Below are positions 16,337 through 24,000 of a stretch of DNA of 24,000 nucleotides, piece after piece. The DNA is taken from NCBI GenBank assembly GCA_903918195.1, contig CAIXDS010000071.1, forward strand, positions 1-24,000. The letters run 5' to 3'. The position numbers were made by a program, and so were the translations under genes. A model generated the notes under the pieces. The model saw only the letters and a program-made list of their open reading frames with translations. It was not told where the DNA came from and did not search any database. Every line of letters starts with the position of its first letter. Position 1 is the first letter of the stretch. The DNA comes from an uncultured Acetobacteraceae bacterium (GTDB lineage: Bacteria > Pseudomonadota > Alphaproteobacteria > Acetobacterales > Acetobacteraceae).

Positions 16337-19300
16337 CTATTCCGGATCAACCCGCACCATCCGCCCCGACGTCATGAACACCACCAGCCCCCTGGCGGCA
16401 CCAGTGGCGCGGAGATAGGTGCGAACCTGCGCGGCGTACCCGGCGATCGCCGCCGCGTCAGGCGCCACATCGCTCTTCCAGTCGATCACCATTTCCGGCG
16501 CACCGCCGGCCGACAAGGCCACGGCGTCGGCAATGCCGAGAACCACTTCCTCACCGGCGTCGCCGGCCGCAGCGGCGCAGACGTTGAATTCCGGCACCAG
16601 CGAGGCGCGAACGGCGTTGACATCCGGCAAGGCCAGGGTGCGGAGCACGGACGCTGCGAGTTCGGCCGGATCGGCGTCGTCCACCGGCTCGGGACAGGTG
16701 GCCGCGAGTTCGGCGGCACGCACGCGCAGTGCGGCCTCGGTGTCGCCGGTCTCGCCCGTCAGCACCTCCTCCATCAGCTTGTGCAGCACCAGGCCACGCC
16801 CACGCCCGCCCTGGGGCAACGGCGGCGGTTCCGGCTGGTCCGCGGCGTCCAGCACCACCGGCTCCGGGTCCGCCTCGCCGCTTTCCGCCCGGCTCGGCGT
16901 CACCCGCACCAGGCGGGTGGCGCGGGCGGTGATCAGCCCGGCCTCGGTCGTGAAGGTGGCCGCGTCCTGGCCGTTCGCCTCCTCCGTGTGCACCGGCAGA
17001 ACCGAGGGCGGCAGCCCCGCCTGGTCGAACGCCGGCAGCGTCCGGACCTCAAGCGGCACTGCGGCGCTCCAGGCGGAGTCCGAGAGCTTCGCTGCAAACC
17101 GCGGCAACAGCAGCAGGTCGCGCGCCCGCGTCGCCGCCACGTACCACAGGCGCTGGCGTTCCAGGCCCATCTGCGCGGTCTCGTCCGCCAGCGCCGCCGC
17201 GCAGCCGGGCGGGTCCACGCCCAGGATGCGGGCATGCAGCAGCCCGGTGGCGCGATCGAGCACCGGGGGGCGCGGACCGAACACGCCGCCTGATGTGTTC
17301 ACCGGGATCACCACCGCCCATTCCAGCCCTTTGGCTGCATGCATGGTGATCAGCGAGACCGCCTCCTGCTCGGCGTCCGGCCGCGCTTCCTGTGTTCGGG
17401 TCTCTTCCTGCCATTGCGTGCGTATCGCCCGTGCGAAGGCGCCGAGGCCGCGAGTCTCCCAGCCGCGGGCCATCTCCAGGAAGGCATCGACGTTTGCCAG
17501 CGCCCGTTCGGCACCGCGGCCGAAGCGCTGGCGCAGTACCGGGCGGACCCGCATTTCCTCGACCGCCTGCGCCAGCAGGACATAGGGCGTGGTGGCGCGC
17601 GCGCGGCGGGCCAGGCCCTGCAAAATCTCCAGTGTTTCCCTCAGCACCGGCTCGGCGACGTTGACGATGGGCAACCATAGGTTCAGCCGCGCCGGCCTTC
17701 CATCGGCGGCGGGCGGCACCGCTTCCAGCGCGTCGAGCAGCGCTTCCTCCGTCATGCCCACCAGCGGCCCTCGCAACAGCGCGCCGAGCGCCAGCGTGTC
17801 GCGCGCATCCGCGAGTGCCCCGGCCAGCGCGATCAGGTCCTGCACTTCCTGGCGGCGGAAGAACCCTTTTCCCGCCTGCGTCGCCACCGGCAGGAAGCGG
17901 TCCTCAAGAGCGCGCTCGTAGCGCCAGAGATCGGTACCGGTCGGGGCCAGCAGGGCGATGTCGCCGGCCCGGCAGGGGCGCGTCGTTCCGTCCGATCCGC
18001 GCACGGCGAAGGCGCCGATCAGGCGGCGGCAGGTTTCCGCCACTTGGTCCGCCTCGGCGTCGCGCAGCGAAGCGGCGTTTGTCTCGGCAGCTTCAATGTC
18101 CAACGCACAGACGCTGGCGCGCTCGTCGAGCGCCGCCGCGGTGCTGAACAGCGGCGCAAAGCCCGGCTGGCCCGGCGCGCCGAGGGGAGCGGCGAAGCGT
18201 TCGTTCACCCATTCCAGAATCGGCTCCACCGAGCGGAAGTTGCACCCGATCGCCAGCACATTGTCAGGCGCGCCGGCGCGCAGCGCGTCGCGCGCGCGAA
18301 CGTAGGTCGCGACATCGGCGCCACGGAAACGATAGATCGCCTGCTTGGGGTCGCCGACCAGGAACAGCGCCCCGTCGCGCAGCCGCCAGTCGGTCCAGGG
18401 CGCGTCCGTGTGACCGGCCGGCGCGTCGCCGCAGAGCCGCCACAGGATTTCGGCCTGCACCGGGTCGGTGTCCTGGAACTCGTCGACCAGCACGTGGCGG
18501 AACCGGCCGGCCAGCGCGGCGCGCACGGCAGGGTTTCCGGCCAGCAGGTCGCGGGCGCCGTGCAGCAGATCGTCGAAATCGAGCAGCCCGGCGGCGCGCT
18601 TGGTTTCTTGGAAGCGGTCAACGATTGCTTGCAGGTCCGGCGCGAGCCGGGCCAGCAGCGTGCCTGCCGCGGCAGCCCGCAACTCGGCGTGGCCGGTTTT
18701 GCAGGCGGCGTAGAGAGCTGTGGCCTCGTCGTTCAGACGATCGGCCTCAGCCTTGCTGCCTCGGCCGCCCAGCGTCGTCTGCCAGGCGCCTTTCTTGCGA
18801 TAGGCTGCGAACGCACCCGCTGCCGTGCTGCAGGCCTGAGGGACCGGCAGGTACAGCAGCGCGAGAAGCCGCGCGATGTCGCCGGCAGCACCGTCCGGCA
18901 GCCCGGTCAGCAAATCCTCGAGCCCCTCGGCAACTTCCTTGATGAGAGGCTCGCAGATCGGCACGCCATCAACGAAGACCTGCAACGCTGCCACCGCTTG
19001 CCGCAGCGCCGCACAGGCCCCCTCCAGGTCCGGCGCAGGCGGCAGAGTCGCGCCCCGATGCTGGCGCAGCATCTGCGCGAAGCCGGCGATCAGCTCCTCG
19101 GGTTTTCCTTCGTCGAGCAGGAACAACGCCGCCAGCGCATCGTCGCCGGCGGTATCGCTTGCCAGCCGTTCGCGCAGCACCTCCTGCACGGTCTCGTCGA
19201 ACAGCAACGCCGCCTCGCCGGCATCGGCCACGGTGGCACCGGGGTCGGTCCGCGCCTCCACCGGCCAGGGAGTCAGCAACATGCGGCAGAAGCCGTGGAT

Positions 19301-19663
19301 GGTTGTGCAGGCGAGCGCATCGATCCGCGACGCGGCCTGCATCAGCGCCGCGTGTTGCGCCGCGGTCAGCCCCTTTGGCAGCGCCGCTGCCAGATCACGC
19401 GGCACCTCGTTGCGGCAGAGCGCCATCACGAAGCGCTCCACTCGCTCACGCAACTCGCTCGCCGAGGCTTCGGTGAAGCTGATCGCGGCGATGCTCTCGG
19501 GCGCTCGCCCGGCCGCGAGCAGCAAGGCGATGCGCCCGGCCAGCACCGAGGTCTTTCCCGATCCGGCTCCGGCCTCGACAAGCAGCGTGGCATCAAGATC
19601 GGTGAGCGCCCGCAGCCGGCTGGCGGCGTCCGATCGTGCGAGAGTGGCAACGCTTGACATCAC
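16337..19663 (-). CDS. UvrD/AddA-like superfamily 1 helicase with C-terminal RecB-like nuclease domain
   Basis: LLVEAGAGSGKTSVLAGRIALLLAAG (Walker A), AAISFTEASASELRERV, LLDFDDLL, HVLVDEFQDTDPVQAEILW (motif II), GDPKQAIYRFRGADVATY (motif III), LITMHAAKGLEW (motif V), GLVLHKLMEE...EMVIDWKSDVAPDAAAIAGYAAQVRTYL (nuclease motifs). Confidence 0.92.
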   Translation of the reverse strand: MMSSVATLARSDAASRLRALTDLDATLLVEAGAGSGKTSVLAGRIALLLAAGRAPESIAAISFTEASASELRERVERFVMALCRNEVPRDLAAALPKGLTAAQHAALMQAASRIDALACTTIHGFCRMLLTPWPVEARTDPGATVADAGEAALLFDETVQEVLRERLASDTAGDDALAALFLLDEGKPEELIAGFAQMLRQHRGATLPPAPDLEGACAALRQAVAALQVFVDGVPICEPLIKEVAEGLEDLLTGLPDGAAGDIARLLALLYLPVPQACSTAAGAFAAYRKKGAWQTTLGGRGSKAEADRLNDEATALYAACKTGHAELRAAAAGTLLARLAPDLQAIVDRFQETKRAAGLLDFDDLLHGARDLLAGNPAVRAALAGRFRHVLVDEFQDTDPVQAEILWRLCGDAPAGHTDAPWTDWRLRDGALFLVGDPKQAIYRFRGADVATYVRARDALRAGAPDNVLAIGCNFRSVEPILEWVNERFAAPLGAPGQPGFAPLFSTAAALDERASVCALDIEAAETNAASLRDAEADQVAETCRRLIGAFAVRGSDGTTRPCRAGDIALLAPTGTDLWRYERALEDRFLPVATQAGKGFFRRQEVQDLIALAGALADARDTLALGALLRGPLVGMTEEALLDALEAVPPAADGRPARLNLWLPIVNVAEPVLRETLEILQGLARRARATTPYVLLAQAVEEMRVRPVLRQRFGRGAERALANVDAFLEMARGWETRGLGAFARAIRTQWQEETRTQEARPDAEQEAVSLITMHAAKGLEWAVVIPVNTSGGVFGPRPPVLDRATGLLHARILGVDPPGCAAALADETAQMGLERQRLWYVAATRARDLLLLPRFAAKLSDSAWSAAVPLEVRTLPAFDQAGLPPSVLPVHTEEANGQDAATFTTEAGLITARATRLVRVTPSRAESGEADPEPVVLDAADQPEPPPLPQGGRGRGLVLHKLMEEVLTGETGDTEAALRVRAAELAATCPEPVDDADPAELAASVLRTLALPDVNAVRASLVPEFNVCAAAAGDAGEEVVLGIADAVALSAGGAPEMVIDWKSDVAPDAAAIAGYAAQVRTYLRATGAARGLVVFMTSGRMVRVDPE

Positions 19664-22344
19664 GCGGCCTCCCAGATCTCGGCCGCCGGACCGAGCAGGA
19701 CGGCGGCAGCTTCGCGCTTGCGCTCGAAAACACTGCCTTGTTGGGACGGCAAAGCGAAGGCCAAGTCGTCGTAATCGCCTCCGGTGTCAGGCCCGGGCAC
19801 AGCCAGCCCGGCCTGCAGGGCCGCCAGGCTGTGGTTTAGCGCGCTCACCAGCGTGGCGAGCGCTCCGTCGGGATCGGGGAGGGGATAGTACGGTGTCTCA
19901 GATCGCGGATACAGAAGCGCGGCCTCGACCTCCGTTTCCGTCCCAAGCAGCGCGCGCACCGCGGCAATATACAGGCATCGCTGCAGCTCCCCGCCGCCGG
20001 CCAGCACGCGGCCGGCGATGTCGCGCGGCGGGTTGCCGGTCTTGAAATCCACCACCCGCGCTTTGCTGCGGTTGCCGGCGAGATCGAGCCGATCGATCTG
20101 TCCCGTGAGGGCAAGCGACGTCCCGGGGATTTGCACCGGCTGCGCCGCATCCCAGGGCATCGCGCCCTCCGGCGGCTCATCGACGTTGAACGGCACTTCG
20201 GGCCAGGTGGTCTGGCCGTCCAGGGCGCGAAGCGGATGAGAGAGCGCATCGGTTGCGAGCGCGGCGGCCTGGTCGAGTGTCCGCCGCCAAAGCAACGGTG
20301 GCGGCAGAGGCATGCTCGCCTGCCAGCGCAGGCCGATCCGGCCGGCTTCGCCGGCGACCGCAGCGGCGATCTGCTTCGGCTCGTCGCCGGCCGCGTCTTC
20401 CGCTGTCGCCAGCACGCGGAGAGAAGCGGCGATGATCTCATGCGTGAGCGTGCCGAAGGTGAGGGGATCGAGGCGGAACGGCTCGGCCTCTTCGTCGGGC
20501 GCCCGCAGGCCGAGCGCATACTGCCAGACGAAGCCGAGCGGATTGCGCAACAGCTTCTTCAGCGAGGTCGCGGAGTGGTGCCGCGCCAGCACGCGTTGCA
20601 CGGCCGGGTGCCCTGCACGGACCAGACCGTCATGCGGCGTGATGCCTGGGGAGAGCCAGTCGCGCCATACAGCGTCGGCTGCCTGCGCCCGCGGCTTCCT
20701 GGCGAACTCGGCCGGGCGCGCCATCAGCCGGTCAGCCTCGCTCATGGCATGCGAAGGCACGGCGGCGCGGCGCAGGAAACGCGCGCCGGCATCGGGCAGT
20801 AGCGGCGAGCGGCCGAGCAGGCGGCCGGTGGCATCACGGCGGCTGCACGACAGCACCAGTTCGCGCGCCGTTCCGCCGCAGATGCTGGCGAAGTCGCGCC
20901 GGTCGGCCTCGGCGACCGGCAGCACGTCGAGCACGGCGGCGGGGACCAGGCTGGTAGGCAGCAGCGGGTCCTCCCGGCTCTGCCGCGGCCAGGACTGTGC
21001 GTTCAGGCCCAGCAAGCGCACAAACGGACGCGGTGCGGCGGCCAGTTCGGCGGCCGGCCCCCAGATGATGCTGCAGGCCGGATCGGCGGGATCGGTCACA
21101 CGCAGGGAAGAAAGCGACCGTTCGATCGCCGCGGCACTTTCGCGGTCGAGGGCGCGGCGCCACAGCGTGCGGGCGAGGCCGCACAGGATTGTTTCGCCGG
21201 CTTCGGCAGCCGCCTCCGGCCTACGATGCAGCAGCTCGACAACCGGCATCAGCACGGCGGCCACCGCCGCGCCATCCTCGCCGGCGTCGTCGCAGACAAT
21301 CTGCCAGCGGGCCGGGGTTCCGAGCGGCGCACCCTCTGGGAGCACGCGCCGCCAGGTTTCCGGCAGGGCGTGCAGCGCTCCGCCGGCCGGCGCGGCCAGC
21401 GCGACAAGGCGGCGCAGTCGTGCCTGCGACAGGCCCCGCAGCAGGATGTCGGCCAGCGCGGCGGCGGTCTGGCCCTCGCGCGTGAACAAGGCCGGCCGGC
21501 CATGGGCGAAATGCAGCTGCAGGTTGGCGTCGGCCACCGCCGCCTCGACGATGTCGTCGAAGGCGGCCGGCGAGGCGGCAACGATGGCTATCTCCTCGGC
21601 GCGCGCCGCACCGCTGGCAAGCAGGGCGCGTGCCCAGCGCAGGGCCTCGATCACCTCGTGCCGCGCGGTCGCGCAGCTCACAACTGTTGGCGTTGCTGCG
21701 GTGCTGGTGGTCCGGCGGATGGCGACTTCCGTTCCGTCCAGCCAGGCCGGCACCTCGCGCGCCCCGGCGTGCCACGAGACTGGCACATGCGATCCGAGCT
21801 CCAGCAGAAGACCCTGCCAGACCGGCTCCAGCGCCGTCATGCCGTGCACCTCAACCGGGCCGGTGACAACAGGCGCATGGGCGAGCCGCCCCCGTGCCGC
21901 CGCCGCGAGTTCGGCCGGGCGCAGCATGCCGGGCGGGAGGCGCTTCAGCACGTCGGCCTCAAGCGTCGCCAGCGTGGCGAAGCGCGGATGCTCCGCCGCG
22001 CGCGCCTGGAGGTCGATGCAGGCGCGCCAGGCCTTGCCGAGGGTGGACGCGAGCGCGAGTTGCAGACCCGGCAGGTCGCCGATTGGCGCAAGATCCCCAA
22101 GCGGTGCCGCGGCGGGATCCTGCAGCACCTCGCCGAGCGCCGCGGCGAGCGCCTCCGCATCGATCGCGCGCAGAAAGCCGCCAGCCAGCCGAGCCGCCAG
22201 CCCTGGCATGCTCATCACCTGCACGCCATGCTGGCCAGCGCGGGCGGCCTGGAGCCGCGCCTGATCGGCGGCGAGGCGGCCATAGGTTACGATGGTACAG
22301 CGCATTATTTCGGGTCTCCGAGGTGCGACGGCGCTCATTCCCAC
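19660..22344 (-). CDS. AddB-like protein with C-terminal PD-(D/E)XK nuclease domain
   Basis: Stop overlaps the AddA-like start by 4 nt. C-terminal LDPLTFGTLTHEIIAASL, GQIDRLDLAGNRSKARVVDFKTGNPP, GELQRCLYIAAV. Shape and order match AddB-AddA-type pairs; no Walker A visible in the N-terminal part. Confidence 0.8.
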   Translation of the reverse strand: MGMSAVAPRRPEIMRCTIVTYGRLAADQARLQAARAGQHGVQVMSMPGLAARLAGGFLRAIDAEALAAALGEVLQDPAAAPLGDLAPIGDLPGLQLALASTLGKAWRACIDLQARAAEHPRFATLATLEADVLKRLPPGMLRPAELAAAARGRLAHAPVVTGPVEVHGMTALEPVWQGLLLELGSHVPVSWHAGAREVPAWLDGTEVAIRRTTSTAATPTVVSCATARHEVIEALRWARALLASGAARAEEIAIVAASPAAFDDIVEAAVADANLQLHFAHGRPALFTREGQTAAALADILLRGLSQARLRRLVALAAPAGGALHALPETWRRVLPEGAPLGTPARWQIVCDDAGEDGAAVAAVLMPVVELLHRRPEAAAEAGETILCGLARTLWRRALDRESAAAIERSLSSLRVTDPADPACSIIWGPAAELAAAPRPFVRLLGLNAQSWPRQSREDPLLPTSLVPAAVLDVLPVAEADRRDFASICGGTARELVLSCSRRDATGRLLGRSPLLPDAGARFLRRAAVPSHAMSEADRLMARPAEFARKPRAQAADAVWRDWLSPGITPHDGLVRAGHPAVQRVLARHHSATSLKKLLRNPLGFVWQYALGLRAPDEEAEPFRLDPLTFGTLTHEIIAASLRVLATAEDAAGDEPKQIAAAVAGEAGRIGLRWQASMPLPPPLLWRRTLDQAAALATDALSHPLRALDGQTTWPEVPFNVDEPPEGAMPWDAAQPVQIPGTSLALTGQIDRLDLAGNRSKARVVDFKTGNPPRDIAGRVLAGGGELQRCLYIAAVRALLGTETEVEAALLYPRSETPYYPLPDPDGALATLVSALNHSLAALQAGLAVPGPDTGGDYDDLAFALPSQQGSVFERKREAAAVLLGPAAEIWEAA

Positions 22345-22396
22345 GATTTCTTAGCATGATCCGGCATCCGAACCGCTGCAGCCGGCATCGATATTC

Positions 22397-23584
22397 TCAC
22401 GCCGCGCTGAAGCGCTTTCGCTTAACCCAGACGAAGCCGTCACCCTTTGACAGGATGGCAACATCGATCGGTCCTCCCACGGTTTCTTTCTCACCGGCGC
22501 ACGCGTGCGCCCGGAAGGCGGTCAGGCTGACGAGAGCTTCCGCCATCTCGGCCAGGTCATGCCGCGGCAGCGCCGCAACGGCTTGCATGAAGGGGCCGGA
22601 GTGTTGCTTCGAAATTTCCTCCTGCAGGCTCGTCTCGAACCTTTCGACAGCGTCCGGGGCGTCGCCGCCAGTTGCCTTCTTATGCGGCTTGGATACCTTG
22701 AGGCTGTCCGCCATGAGCGCCGGCAGACTGTCGGCCAGGTCGGGGTGGATTCCCCGGATGATCATGTCGATCGTCTCGCGCTGCGCGAAAGGAATGATCA
22801 TCGCCGTGTCGTCATGCGTGATCCGGGCATGGTCAACCAGGTGCAGCTTGAGGCGACCCTTCACGACCGGGCCGACGCGGCAGAAGAGCAGGCCAGGAAA
22901 AGGCTCCGCCTCGCCCATGCCGGCGATGACCAGCCCAGAGAACGGACCGGGAAAGTTGGCGCGCGAGAGACACAGCCGAAGCGTCGTGCGCAGGCCGTCA
23001 CTGATGTCCCCCGGCATTACGTCCGGGCCGAAGACGGCGTGTTCCGCCTCGTCCAGAGCGGCGCCGTAATCGGCGATCACCGCGTCCGGGAAGCCGCTGT
23101 CGACGCGTTCCAGCAGCGGATATTTTTCCCAGATCGCATGATCCTCGGCGATAAGACGCCGCAGAACGTCGTGCGGGTCGCCGTTGTTGCGGCCGCGATG
23201 CTCGCCCAGCTTTTCCTTCCAGGGCTGGGCGTAGAGCCCATCCCACAGATCGCGTGCGAGGCTGGCGAAGCGTGCTAGTTGCAGCGCCTCCGGGAACATC
23301 GCCGTCGATCTTTCGATGATGGCTGCGAAATCCGCGAGGTATTCCGGCAGCGTGTCGTAGTGCCGGGCGCCGAGGTGCCGGTGGTAGCCGGCGACAATCG
23401 TTTCCCACGGCACGTCCATCAGATCGGCCGAGCCGAACGTCATGATGCCGACGGGCGCTGAGGGCGCCAGTTGCAGAAGCTTTTCGGCGTTGTGGTATAT
23501 TTTCTCACCCTCGCCGAGGGTGACCGCGCTATCCGCCGCCAGGGCGATCCCGCGCGTGTTCATCACTGCAACCTCACAGGTCAT
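22397..23584 (-). CDS. Putative proteasome-beta-like Ntn-hydrolase
   Basis: From ATG 23582-23584: M-TCEVAVMNTRGIALAADSAVTLGEGEKIYHNAEKLLQLAPSAPVGIMTFGSADLMD aligns by eye with proteasome beta T1...D17...K33. C-terminal VGGPIDVAILSKGDGFVWV is strand-like, as in proteasome/HslV. AAAGGA lies 6 nt upstream of this ATG on the minus strand, favouring it over 23599. Confidence 0.65.
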   Translation of the reverse strand: MTCEVAVMNTRGIALAADSAVTLGEGEKIYHNAEKLLQLAPSAPVGIMTFGSADLMDVPWETIVAGYHRHLGARHYDTLPEYLADFAAIIERSTAMFPEALQLARFASLARDLWDGLYAQPWKEKLGEHRGRNNGDPHDVLRRLIAEDHAIWEKYPLLERVDSGFPDAVIADYGAALDEAEHAVFGPDVMPGDISDGLRTTLRLCLSRANFPGPFSGLVIAGMGEAEPFPGLLFCRVGPVVKGRLKLHLVDHARITHDDTAMIIPFAQRETIDMIIRGIHPDLADSLPALMADSLKVSKPHKKATGGDAPDAVERFETSLQEEISKQHSGPFMQAVAALPRHDLAEMAEALVSLTAFRAHACAGEKETVGGPIDVAILSKGDGFVWVKRKRFSAA

Positions 23585-23976
23585 CGCAGGTCCTTTCATG
23601 GCGGCCGCGCGGACACGGGATCAGGAAGAATGATCACGAAAAAGAACATATTACCCCGACACGTCAAATCCGGACGCGCTAAAAGAAGACGTTCTTAATA
23701 CGCGACCACCAGTTAGAGGAGGCGGATATCGTCGTGATCTGCGCGAACTCATCAAGGGCAGTCTCATTTCGGGTACGCTTGAACGGTCACAAAGCTCGGT
23801 CGTGCATGGAGCGAAAGAGGGGAGCTTCGCAGCGTTATGGGCTGGCGGGCATCAATCTCTCGCCCTCCAGCCTCCATGAAGAAAAATCTCTATACTTGCT
23901 AAACCAAAGACGAATTGTCCAAAAGATTGATAACACAGCAATGCTAGATTATTTTGTTTGAGGTGGCAGGATAGGT

Positions 23977-24000
23977 ATGCTTGGCACCCGCCTCGTACAG
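23977..24000 (+). CDS. Possible start of a CDS running off the window (MLGTRLVQ...)
   Basis: ATG 23977 preceded by purine-rich GAGGTGGCAGG. Only 8 codons are visible. Confidence 0.25.

Noticed and set aside
18044-19657. 537-aa plus-strand ORF
   Set aside because: Antisense to the AddA-like helicase, whose helicase motifs are unambiguous.
20312-22264. 650-aa plus-strand ORF
   Set aside because: Antisense to the AddB-like gene; Ser/Arg/Ala-rich shadow ORF.
1-24000. CRISPR array, tRNA or rRNA genes, IS element
   Set aside because: No regularly spaced identical repeats, no recognisable tRNA/rRNA sequence, and no transposase ORF seen by eye; a tRNAscan/CRISPR finder run would be needed to be sure.

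Overview
High-GC accessory (island-like) segment, probably alphaproteobacterial or Acetobacteraceae-like (inferred from codon bias and sequence style only). From left to right I see: a 5'-truncated SAM-methyltransferase-like ORF; a tyrosine recombinase preceded by a small array of TTCTCGGAC-type repeats; a divergent WYL regulator (CapW/BrxR-like) facing a tightly coupled bacterial ubiquitin-like conjugation cassette (double Ubl fused to an E2-like/metal-binding domain, then JAB/JAMM peptidase, then ThiF/E1); and a MltR-like small all-alpha protein carrying an RNRFAH motif. These are followed by a GDSL hydrolase, a DUF2779-type nuclease coupled to a small partner, a GC hairpin terminator, and a tandem-AAA+ ATPase / WYL regulator / PD-(D/E)XK nuclease run. 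The right side holds an AddA-like helicase-nuclease coupled to an AddB-like nuclease, and a proteasome-beta-like Ntn-hydrolase candidate whose second residue is Thr. The best candidates for a noteworthy system are the Ub-like cassette with its HEPN-like neighbour (3.1-7.0 kb) and the proteasome-like protein encoded with nucleases and an AAA+ ATPase (11.8-23.6 kb). All family assignments come from motif recognition by eye; no database search was run.
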